The notes under the pieces: model-generated | The model's database searches: none | Seen by the model: only the letters and a program-made list of their open reading frames with translations | What the model was told of the DNA's origin: nothing | Assembly (NCBI GenBank): GCA_964524735.1 | Contig: CAZGCV010000004.1 | Location: forward strand, 1 to 45,653 | Length of the DNA stretch: 45,653 nt | Direction of reading: 5' to 3' | Source of the DNA: an uncultured Candidatus Saccharibacteria bacterium | GTDB taxonomy: Bacteria; Patescibacteriota; Doudnabacteria; UBA920 | Part shown: piece after piece, positions 31,083-40,100 of the stretch | Numbering within the stretch: the first letter of the stretch is position 1 | Layout of the letters: every line of letters begins with the position of its first letter | Made by a program: the position numbers and the translations under genes

Positions 31083-32627
31083 ATGTTAATTATTTATATT
31101 GCCATTGGTTTGCTGGTTGGAGGTGTCGTTGGATACCTAATCCGCCAAAGCTTGGCTTCCAAGAAAGTTTCCGGAGCTGAGTCTCGTGCCGAACGCATTT
31201 TAGAAGACGCGAAGAATCGTGAAAAAGAAATGCTAATTGAGGCAAAGTCTCAAGCAATGGAAATCACTGAAAGTGCTAAAAAATCTGAAGCAGATTTTCG
31301 TGCACAGATTGTTCGTTTTGAAGAACGAATTGATAGAAAAGAAAAAGAACTTGATCAAAAATCTAATTCTTTAGAGCAAAAAACTGCAGATTTGGAACAA
31401 AGAACGGAAAGCTTGAAGAAGAACGAGGAAGAAATTAAAGAAATTAAAGCGCAGCAGCTGGAAAAGCTAGAGAAGATTGCTGGTTTAACTCGAGAAGAAG
31501 CATCAAAGGTGCTTATGGAAAATGCTGAAAAAGGCATTTCCGAAGAAATGATGAAGCTCCACCGCAAGCTTTTGAATGAAGCTCATGAAACTGCAGAAAA
31601 AGAAGCTCGTAAGATTGTTGCTCAAGCAATTGAACGTATTGCAACTGAAGTAACTGCTGAAAGTACTACTACAACTGTAATGATTCCTAACGAAGAAATG
31701 AAAGGACGCATTATTGGTAAAGAAGGTCGTAATATTCGTGCGTTTGAACAATTGATGGGTGTTGAGATTCTTATTGATGACAGTCCAGATACAGTTGTTA
31801 TTTCAGGTTTCAATTCTATTCGTCGTCACATTGCTAAGCTGACTTTGGAAAAACTCCTTCAGGATGGACGTATTCATCCAGCGCGTATTGAAGAAGCTTA
31901 TGAAAAGAGTAAATCTGAAATTAATGATCAGATTAAAAAAGCCGGCGAAGATACGGTTTATGAACTTGGTATTACTAACTTCCCGCCAAAACTGGTTCAT
32001 CTAGTTGGTCGTTTGTTGTACCGTACATCTTACGGTCAGAATATTTTGAAGCATTCTACTGAAATGGCTAAAGTTGCTGCATTAATTGCGCAGGACTTGG
32101 GCGCAGATGTTTCTATAGTTAAGCAAGGTGCTTTGCTTCACGATATTGGTAAAGCTTTGGATCAAGACATGGAAGGAACTCACGTGGAAATTGGCGCGCG
32201 TATTGCAACCAAATTTGGTTTGGATCATCGCGTTATTGAAGCGATTGAATCTCATCACCACGATACAGATGTTTCAGAGCATGCGAATGCTCATGCTCCG
32301 CTTTCAATTGAAGCAATGATTGTAGATGCCGCAGATGGTATTTCTGGTTCCCGTCCAGGCGCTCGCAAGGACAGCTTTGAAAATTATGTAAAACGTTTGT
32401 CTGACTTAGAAGATATTGCAAACTCATTTGAAGGCGTAGAAAAGACTTATGCGATCCAAGGTGGTCGTGAACTCCGTGTGTTCGTAACACCTAATGCTCT
32501 TGATGATTACGCTTGTCAGAAACTTGCTCGTGAAATTGCTAATCGTCTGGAAGACGAACTGAAATTCCCTGGAGAAATTCGCGTCCACGTAATTCGCGAT
32601 TATCGTGTAATTGAGTACGCTAGATAA
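31083..32627 (+). CDS. rny: Ribonuclease Y
   Basis: N-terminal TM, coiled coil, KH (GRIIGKEGRNIRAFE) and HD domain (LLHDIGKA...HH). Confidence 0.9.
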   Translation: MLIIYIAIGLLVGGVVGYLIRQSLASKKVSGAESRAERILEDAKNREKEMLIEAKSQAMEITESAKKSEADFRAQIVRFEERIDRKEKELDQKSNSLEQKTADLEQRTESLKKNEEEIKEIKAQQLEKLEKIAGLTREEASKVLMENAEKGISEEMMKLHRKLLNEAHETAEKEARKIVAQAIERIATEVTAESTTTTVMIPNEEMKGRIIGKEGRNIRAFEQLMGVEILIDDSPDTVVISGFNSIRRHIAKLTLEKLLQDGRIHPARIEEAYEKSKSEINDQIKKAGEDTVYELGITNFPPKLVHLVGRLLYRTSYGQNILKHSTEMAKVAALIAQDLGADVSIVKQGALLHDIGKALDQDMEGTHVEIGARIATKFGLDHRVIEAIESHHHDTDVSEHANAHAPLSIEAMIVDAADGISGSRPGARKDSFENYVKRLSDLEDIANSFEGVEKTYAIQGGRELRVFVTPNALDDYACQKLAREIANRLEDELKFPGEIRVHVIRDYRVIEYAR

Positions 32628-32629
32628 TA

Positions 32630-33445
32630 ATGGCAAAAATTTTAATCATTGGTGATATTATGGGACGACCTGGGCGGCTTGCGCTAGCTCAGGTTTTGCC
32701 TATGTGGAAGGAAGAGTTTCAGTTCGATTCAAAAACCGATGCAATAATTGGAAACGTGGAAAATCTTGCGCATGGTCGTGGCATTACTCCAAACACAATG
32801 GCAGAGCTAGAATTGTTGGGCTTTGATGCTTACACTTCTGGAAATCATGTATTTGAAACTGGTCCTCATGCTCAAGAATGTTTTCAAAAATACGATAAAA
32901 TTATTCGCCCGCAAAACTATACAGCAGATCTTCCTGGTGTAGGGTACTATCGCTTTGCAAAAAACGGCCAACAGTTTTTGGTTGTTAATATTTCCGGTAA
33001 AGTTTTTATGGATCCGGCAGATCGACTAAGTATCTCTAATGCATTTTTTGCAATGGATCAGCTTATTCAAGATCAATCTCAAAAAGATGATATAATTATT
33101 GTAGACATGCATGCGGAAGCAACTAGTGAAAAAGTTGCAATGGGTTGGCATTTGGACGGTCGCGCAACAGTTGTTTATGGTACTCATACTCATGTGACAA
33201 CTGGAGATGAAAGAATTTTGCCAAAAGGAACAGCTTACTTAACAGATGCTGGCTTAACTGGTGCGTATAATTCTGTCTTAGGTGTTTCAGTGGATGCAGC
33301 GCTGGGTATGTTTTTGGAAAAACATAAATTAAAAAATGATATTCCAGAATCAGGTTCAGCAGTAGTAAATGCATTGCTTGTAGAAACAGACGGAAATAAG
33401 GTTAATAAAATTCAAAGATTACAAAAAATTGTACACGTTGAATAA
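32630..33445 (+). CDS. ymdB: YmdB-family metallophosphoesterase (2',3'-cyclic-nucleotide phosphodiesterase type)
   Basis: ILIIGDIMGRPGR, GNVENLAHGRG, TSGNH, DMHAEATSEK and GTHTHV. The conserved rny-ymdB pairing supports the call. Confidence 0.85.
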   Translation: MAKILIIGDIMGRPGRLALAQVLPMWKEEFQFDSKTDAIIGNVENLAHGRGITPNTMAELELLGFDAYTSGNHVFETGPHAQECFQKYDKIIRPQNYTADLPGVGYYRFAKNGQQFLVVNISGKVFMDPADRLSISNAFFAMDQLIQDQSQKDDIIIVDMHAEATSEKVAMGWHLDGRATVVYGTHTHVTTGDERILPKGTAYLTDAGLTGAYNSVLGVSVDAALGMFLEKHKLKNDIPESGSAVVNALLVETDGNKVNKIQRLQKIVHVE

Positions 33446-33480
33446 ATTTACTTTTTAAAAGCATCGAAATTTAAACAAAA

Positions 33481-34005
33481 ATGAAATTCATTAAACCACA
33501 AAATGTTGTTGCTCAAATGGGCTTAAAGACAGGGCAAACTGTAGCTGACTTTGGTTCAGGTTCCGGCTTCTTTGCTATAGGCGCAGCTAAAATGGTTGGG
33601 AATACTGGTAAGGTTTTGGCATTTGATGTGCAGCAATCTAAGTTAACAGCTGTATATTCAGCTGCGAGTCAGCAGGGATATAAAAATATTCAAATCTTTC
33701 AGGCAGATTTAGACAAGCCATTAGATGAAATATCAGAAAGTTCTTGTGACGCAGTAATAATGGCTAGTGTGCTTCATGAAGTTTCTAGTCGAGAACAGTT
33801 GCTAAAGAATGCGTATAAGGTTTTGAAAACTGGCGGGTTGCTACTTGCTGTAGAATGGAAGGCAGAACATACTATTTTCGGACCCGCTTTAGAAAAGCGT
33901 ATTGCAGAAGATCAGCTTGAACAAGAACTTGCCAAGCTAGGCCTGCACAAGGTAAAATCTATTCCAGCGGACATGTATCATTACGCTATGGTTTTTAAAA
34001 AATAA
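33481..34005 (+). CDS. Class I SAM-dependent methyltransferase
   Basis: Motif I VADFGSGSGFFA and post-I FDV. Confidence 0.7.
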   Translation: MKFIKPQNVVAQMGLKTGQTVADFGSGSGFFAIGAAKMVGNTGKVLAFDVQQSKLTAVYSAASQQGYKNIQIFQADLDKPLDEISESSCDAVIMASVLHEVSSREQLLKNAYKVLKTGGLLLAVEWKAEHTIFGPALEKRIAEDQLEQELAKLGLHKVKSIPADMYHYAMVFKK

Positions 34006-34041
34006 CCACAAAACAGATAAGTAATTAAAGATATTTTTTAG

Positions 34042-34455
34042 ATGAATTTAAAAGAGATAAACTGGGCAGAAGTATTTTCAAGAGATTTTTGGTTCGGAAT
34101 TGACCGTTTCTCAATCCATTTTACAGATAAAGCATTTTTGTGGATTGGTGTCGCGCTTGTGGTGTTAAGTGTTATTGCTTTGCTTTACGCGCGTTTCGCT
34201 GACAATGAATTTTTAGCTAAAGTTGCTGTACGAATTTCTAAAATTTTTATGGTAATTGGTTTGTTTGAGGGGTTGTGGTATTTGCTTCGCACTCAATACG
34301 TTGCAGCTTTAGGAACTCGTACAGTAGCCTTGCTTATTCTTGTTTGGGGTTTGATTTGGATTTATTTTCCAATTCGCTACATCGTTACTCACTACAAAAC
34401 AGATATGGAAAAAGCACAACGCCAAGCTAGTCGAGAAAAGTATTTGAAAAAATAA
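34042..34455 (+). CDS. Membrane protein, unknown function (137 aa)
   Basis: Three to four hydrophobic segments and no motif. Confidence 0.4.
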   Translation: MNLKEINWAEVFSRDFWFGIDRFSIHFTDKAFLWIGVALVVLSVIALLYARFADNEFLAKVAVRISKIFMVIGLFEGLWYLLRTQYVAALGTRTVALLILVWGLIWIYFPIRYIVTHYKTDMEKAQRQASREKYLKK

Positions 34456-34498
34456 ATTCAGGAAAAGTTTAATTTATTTTTACAGAAATTTGAAAGAT

Positions 34499-34532
34499 AA
34501 AATGTCATGCTAATAGCATGACATTTTTATTT
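34499..34532 (+). terminator. Terminator hairpin whose 3' arm contains the yraN start codon
   Basis: AAAATGTCATGC-TAATA-GCATGACATTTT followed by TATTT. The ATG at 34518 lies inside the stem. Confidence 0.65.
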
Positions 34533-34904
34533 AAAAATAAACTTGGAGTTTGGGGCGAGCAATACGCTGAGCAAGTCTATTTAAAACGTGGTTATGTTTT
34601 AGTTGCTCGTAATATTTACAACAGAAAAGGGAAACGCATGGGCGAAATAGATTTAATTTTCCGAAACGATGAAGTAATACTTTTTGTTGAAGTAAAAACC
34701 AGAAAAGGGAATCGTTTTGGTTCTGCTAGTGAAGCCATTACTCAAGCAAAAAAGCAGCGATTAATTCGGGCTGTTAGATGGTTTTTGCGCATGTTTCCTC
34801 GCTATGCCCAACTGCGGCCGCGAATAGATCTATGCGCGATAGACATTGACAAATCATCAATAAATGTTATAATAATTCCATCAGCTGTAACTTTAGATTA
34901 TTGA
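34518..34904 (+). CDS. yraN: YraN-family (UPF0102) endonuclease-like protein
   Basis: GEQYAEQVYLKRGY..GEIDLIFRNDEVILFVEVKTR..A..A.T..K. Confidence 0.75.
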   Translation: MTFLFKNKLGVWGEQYAEQVYLKRGYVLVARNIYNRKGKRMGEIDLIFRNDEVILFVEVKTRKGNRFGSASEAITQAKKQRLIRAVRWFLRMFPRYAQLRPRIDLCAIDIDKSSINVIIIPSAVTLDY

Positions 34905-34925
34905 TGGGCCCCGCTCATCTTTTTT
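34903..34925 (+). terminator. Rho-independent terminator
   Basis: GATGGGC-CCC-GCTCATC followed by TTTTTT. Confidence 0.6.
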
Positions 34926-34985
34926 GTTACCAAAACAATTAAATAGCGTATCTATTTAATATAGAACGCAGAAACAATTAAATAT

Positions 34986-36155
34986 ATGAATGAACAATTT
35001 GAACAAGCTCTGGCGCAGATCGCTGAAGAAAAAGGCGTATCCCGCGACGAGATTATAAACATGATTGAAGCCTCATTGGCTGCAGCTTTCCGAAAAGATT
35101 ACGGAGAAAAAGACCAGAACCCTGTTGTGGTTTTTGACCCTGAACATTTATCAGCAAAAATTTATGATGAAAAAACTATTGTATCAGGGAAGACTTTAGA
35201 AAATGAAGATCCTGAACTGCAGTTAGATCCTTCTAAAGAAATTGATATTGAAGTTGCTAAATCAGAAAATCCAGATGCTAAAGTTGGTCAGGTTATTCGT
35301 AATGAAATTACTCCTTCAGATGGTGTAGAGTTTGGGCGCATTGCTGCTCAAACTGCAAAGCAGGTTATTATTCAAAAACTTCGAGAAGCGGAACGCAATG
35401 TTCAGTTTTCTGACTTTAAAGCAAAAGAACGTACTTTGGTAAATGGTATTGTGCAGCGTATTGAAGGCGATACAGTTCTGGTAGATCTTGGTAAAGGCGT
35501 TGGTGTTTTGTTTCCTTCAGAGCAAATCCGCGGCGAACGTTATGAAATTGGCCAACGTGTAAAAGTTTTAATTTTGCATGTTGAACCTGCGACTCGCGGA
35601 CCAAAGATTACTTTGTCCCGTAGTCATCCAGATATTGTACGCAAACTTTTTGAAATGGAAGTTCCAGAAATTTTTAACGGCGCAGTGGAAATTAAATCCG
35701 TTGCTCGTGAAGCTGGCTCTCGTAGTAAAATTGCTGTTGCTTCAATGCAAGAAGGTATTGATCCTATTGGCGCATGTGTTGGTCAAAAAGGAACCCGTGT
35801 ACAAACTGTAATGGCTGAGCTTGGCGGCGAAAAGATTGATATCATTGAATGGAGCGAAGATCCTATTAAGTTTATAGCTAACTCTTTGTCTCCAGCAAAA
35901 ATTTTGAATGTCGCTCCTGACTACGAAGAAAAAGAAGCAAAAGTTGGGGTTTTAGAAGATCAGCTTTCTCTTGCAATTGGTAAAGCCGGACAAAACGTTC
36001 GTCTTGCTGCACGTTTGACTGGCTGGAAAATAGATATTAATCAGGAAAATGTTGGCGGTGAATCAACCGAAGAAGTTACTGAAGAAACTTCAAATGAAAT
36101 GCCTGAGCAAGATGCAGAAGCTATTGAAGAATCCGCATCTTCAGACGAAGAATAA
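34986..36155 (+). CDS. nusA: Transcription termination/antitermination factor NusA
   Basis: N-terminal domain, S1 (GIVQRIEGDTVLVDLG), two KH domains (RSKIAV..GIDPIGACVGQKG; SLAIGKAGQNVRLAARLTGWKIDI), and an acidic tail. Confidence 0.9.
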   Translation: MNEQFEQALAQIAEEKGVSRDEIINMIEASLAAAFRKDYGEKDQNPVVVFDPEHLSAKIYDEKTIVSGKTLENEDPELQLDPSKEIDIEVAKSENPDAKVGQVIRNEITPSDGVEFGRIAAQTAKQVIIQKLREAERNVQFSDFKAKERTLVNGIVQRIEGDTVLVDLGKGVGVLFPSEQIRGERYEIGQRVKVLILHVEPATRGPKITLSRSHPDIVRKLFEMEVPEIFNGAVEIKSVAREAGSRSKIAVASMQEGIDPIGACVGQKGTRVQTVMAELGGEKIDIIEWSEDPIKFIANSLSPAKILNVAPDYEEKEAKVGVLEDQLSLAIGKAGQNVRLAARLTGWKIDINQENVGGESTEEVTEETSNEMPEQDAEAIEESASSDEE

Positions 36156-36179
36156 ATTTAACAATTAAATTATAATCCT

Positions 36180-36755
36180 ATGCCGTTAGTACCAATGGTT
36201 ATTGAAAAGTCTCCGATGGGTGAGCGCGCGTACGACATTTACAGTCGCTTACTTAAAGATCGAGTTATATTTTTGGGCGAACCGATTGATGATAACGTAG
36301 TGAATACTATTATCGCTCAATTACTTTTCTTAGACACTGAAAGCAGTACAGAAGATATTAAAATCTATATTAACTCTCCTGGCGGGAGTGTAACTGCTGC
36401 TCTTGCTTTGTATGATACGATCCAGCATGTAAAAGCTGATGTTTCTACAATAGTTCTTGGGCAAGCAGCTTCGGCTGCAGCATTTCTTCTTTCTGCTGGA
36501 ACAAAAGGCAAGCGCTTTGCTTTGCCTAATGCTCGCATAATGATCCACCAAGTAATGGGTGGTATGGAAGGTCAGCAGACAGATGTGGAAATTCAGGCAC
36601 GCGAAATGTTGCGTATGAAAAATCAGCTTAATCAAATTATGGCCAAGCATACTGGTCAAAGTGTTAAGAAGATTGAACAAGATACAGAACGTGATTACTT
36701 CATGATGCCAGAAGACGCAAAGAAGTATGGAATAATCGATAAAATTATTCAGTAA
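36180..36755 (+). CDS. clpP: ATP-dependent Clp protease proteolytic subunit
   Basis: [16 protein letters not shown], the catalytic Ser in [11 protein letters not shown], and IMIHQ. Confidence 0.95.
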   Translation: MPLVPMVIEKSPMGERAYDIYSRLLKDRVIFLGEPIDDNVVNTIIAQLLFLDTESSTEDIKIYINSPGGSVTAALALYDTIQHVKADVSTIVLGQAASAAAFLLSAGTKGKRFALPNARIMIHQVMGGMEGQQTDVEIQAREMLRMKNQLNQIMAKHTGQSVKKIEQDTERDYFMMPEDAKKYGIIDKIIQ

Positions 36756-36767
36756 TAGCTCAATAAA

Positions 36768-36799
36768 GAAAAACAGCGTTGACAAAACGCTGTTTTTTT
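36768..36799 (+). terminator. Terminator after clpP with a promoter nested inside it
   Basis: AAAAACAGCGT-TGACAAA-ACGCTGTTTTTTT. Confidence 0.8.
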
Positions 36800-36807
36800 G
36801 ATATACT
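36779..36807 (+). promoter_or_regulatory. Promoter TTGACA-17 nt-TATACT for the HTH/tail-fibre-like module (about 95-nt leader)
   Basis: TTGACA at 36779-36784 (in the terminator loop) and TATACT at 36802-36807. Confidence 0.55.
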
Positions 36808-36906
36808 AAAAAGGTAAAAGTATCGGATGACCGAGCAGTATAGTCAAAATCAGCTATATTCGCAAAAATCGGACATTTAGAAACAAAAATAAAAACACAA
36901 TTCAAT

Positions 36907-37155
36907 ATGTCTGAGAATCAAAAACAGCTTTTAGCTGATCCGACAAAGCTAATTTCTTTGTCTGAAGCTGCAGAAGCAACGCCTTATTCTGCGGAGTATC
37001 TATCTTTACTTTCACGTAAAGGTAGAATTCCAGCAATTAAAATTTCACGTGACTGGCTTACGACTCGTAAGGCGGTTTTGTTGTATGTAAGCGAGCAGAA
37101 AAAGAAACATGCTGAGTTGTTTAAAAGATTTAAAACATCTGGAGGATTACGCTAA
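36907..37155 (+). CDS. Small excisionase/MerR-like helix-turn-helix protein (82 aa)
   Basis: LISLSEAAEATPYSAEYLSLLSRKGRIPAIKISRDWLTTRKAVLLYV resembles an HTH_17-type winged HTH. Its stop overlaps the next start (TAATG). Confidence 0.55.
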   Translation: MSENQKQLLADPTKLISLSEAAEATPYSAEYLSLLSRKGRIPAIKISRDWLTTRKAVLLYVSEQKKKHAELFKRFKTSGGLR

Positions 37156-40100
37156 TGCCACAAATTACAGTAAATTTGATTCATGATTTAAAAAAAGCTC
37201 ATGAACATAAGGAAAAAGTGCCATTTATTGGTGGTTTGCGAACTGGATTTGTTCACGCATGGTTTGTAACCGCAGTTAAGGTGATGTTTATTTTTGCGCT
37301 ATTGTCAGGAGTGGATATTGTAGGAAAACTGCAAGAAAATGTTGTTTTGCTAGACCAATTGGTTGGTAATGATTTTACTGTCAATTCAGAAGATAGCTTG
37401 CCTAAGCGCATTGTTATTCGTGACAATAATTTTATGCCTAGAGGGGAATCTTTTGGAGTAGTGGCATCTGAATTTTCTGATAATTCTAGTATGCAGACTA
37501 ATGGTGTAGTTGCGAGTGAAAACACTGTTGTTGTAAATAATATTCAAAATGCTCCTGTTTCAGGATCAGGAATTACGCAATCATATATTGATGAACTAAT
37601 TCGTTATAATATTGCGAATGCAATTGCAGCTCGTTTTTTACTTCCAGGAACAGGCGATAACAGCGATGGTTGTTTGCAAATTGATCGTGCTGGTACAGTA
37701 ACCACTCGCGGATCTCGTTGTGGTTCCGGCGGAGGCGGTGGAGGAGGTTCATCTCCAGCTAACTTGTCTATTGGTAGTATTATTTCTGGCGCGACTCCGA
37801 ATTCTATCTTGTTTGTTGGTGCTGGCGGTGAACTTGCTCAAGACGCCGCGAATCTATTTTGGGATGACGCAAATAACAGTTTAGTTATCGATGGCGAAAT
37901 GCTTGTGACAAGCTTGGCTACTGGTGGCGCTACTGAGTGTGTTCAGGCAAATATATTAGGTGTTCTATCAACTACTGGCGCTCCCTGCGGAGCAGGCGGT
38001 GGTGGAATGTCTATTGGTGGATCAATCACTTCTGCAACAACAGGTTCAGTTCTTTTTGCAGGAGCTGCTGGTGTTCTACAACAAGACAATGCTAACTTCT
38101 TCTGGGATGACACAAACAACAGACTTGGTATTGGAACTGCTTCTCCTATAGCGCCTTTGCATGTTGGAGGTTCAAATAATTTCGGGAGTGTTTCCCTGTT
38201 TGGTTACAGCGGAGCTGTAAATACATACATCAACCCAGTATACAGTACAGACACTGGAACTGATCAGGTTACTGCTAATACAGCTTTACTTGAGTTAACT
38301 AACAGCTCTCAGGCAGATATGGTATCTTTCTCTGGACAAACAGGAGTTGTGATTAACTCTTCTTCCGCAGATATGGCATCAACATATTCTCAAATGATTG
38401 GCGGAGCATTTTATTCAGGCTTGTACGGTACAGGCTCTATCTACGGAGCAACTGGTGTTATGGGTATAGTTATGCGAGCTAATAGTGGTACTGTTGAATC
38501 TGCTCAAGGTGGATACTTCGCATTCCAGAATGCTAATGGCACGGGGACTACATCATCGGTTATAGGTGTTAATATTGGACAACCAGTTAGTCCAGCAGGC
38601 CACACTATTACCAGTACTTTTGGTCTATATATCGCAGACCAGACTAACATAGGAGGAGGTACTCAAACCAACACACCTTATGGTATTTACCAGGCTGGTG
38701 CTTCTAACCTTAACTATTTTGGAGGGACTATTACTGCTCCTGGAGCAGGTGCAAGTTCTGAACGGTTTGGGTTTGGAAGCAGTGCTGATGGTGCAAGTGC
38801 AACTGCTTTGGGGTGGCTTTCAAGTGCTTCTGGTGACGGAGATTTAGCGGTAGGGGGTGGAGCGGAATCTAGCGGCGGATATTCAATCGCAATCGGATAC
38901 GGAGCACAATCAACAGGTGTACAAGGTATATCTTTAGGGTTCACTGCATCTGCTTCAGGTAATGCAAGTGTGGCTTTGGGTAATTTTGCTTCAGCATCAA
39001 GTGTTATGGGTCATGCTTTTGGGTATAGTGCAACATCTAGTGCTCTAGGTGGCTTGGCTATTGGTCAAGCTGCAACCGTAAATGGCACTGCTGGAATTGC
39101 TTTAGGTGGGGGTACTGCAGCAGGTGCGCATGAGTTAGTAATTGGCGGCGAGTATGATACTTTTAACTCCATTGATTATGGGATTAATAATGTTTACATT
39201 GGTAATGGAGTAACTAACGCTACTCCTCAAAGTTTTGCGCTAAACGCTACGGGCGGACAAGGTGCTAACATAGCTGGAGCAAACATCGCTATAGCTGGTG
39301 GTAAAGGAACAGGAAGTGCTGTTGGTGGAAACATTCTTTTCCAATATGCTCCAGCAGGATCTTCTGGATCATCTCTTAATTCATTACAAACAGCTTGTGC
39401 TATTTCAGGTACTAATGGAAGTTTAAACTGTCCTGGTACAGGCGCTTTTTCTGCTAGATTTGGTTCTGGTGCAACAGCTGGTGGGCTCGGTGCTAATGCT
39501 TTTGGTACTAATGCTAATGCAGGAGGTTTGAGCGCTGCAGCGTATGGAGGTAATGCATACGCTCCATCTGATTATGCTACTGCTTTAGGTTCATTAGCCT
39601 CATCTTTGGGTCCTAACTCTGTAGCAGCTGGTGCATTGGCTACTGCTTATGATAATGGTTCTGCTTTTGGGGCATATGCTTTTGCAAACAATAATTCCAT
39701 TGCTCTAGGATATTCTGCAGCAACATCAGCAGCCAACCAACTTGTCATAGGATCAGGATCTGCATCTATTCAAACAGCATACATTGGTAACGGAGTAACT
39801 AACGCTACTCCTCAAGGATTCTCTCTTAATGCAACAGGCGGTAGTGGAACAAACATTGCTGGAGCAAACATGACTCTAGCATCAGGACGTGCTACAGGAA
39901 ACGCAGCTGGTGGAAACATTCTTTTCCAGACATCAGATGTAGGATCTTCAGGATCAACACTACAAACTCTTACTACCAAAGCTACTCTCTTAGCTAATGG
40001 TAATTTTGGTATAGGGACAGCGGCTCCAGCTTTAAAATTTAGCGTAGAAGCAGACGCAGCATCATCGTATGTAGCAAGCTTTCAAAACACTGGAAACAAC

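Noticed and set aside
36330-36905. A 191-aa minus-strand ORF antisense to clpP
   Set aside because: It lies entirely antisense to a highly conserved clpP and has low-complexity F/L/C/S-rich translation, a typical shadow ORF. The same reasoning applies to 24233-24703, 24046-24297, 9842-10138, 6593-6895, 7468-7779, 18650-18973, 29467-29763, the 31355-32636 set and other antisense or out-of-frame track entries.
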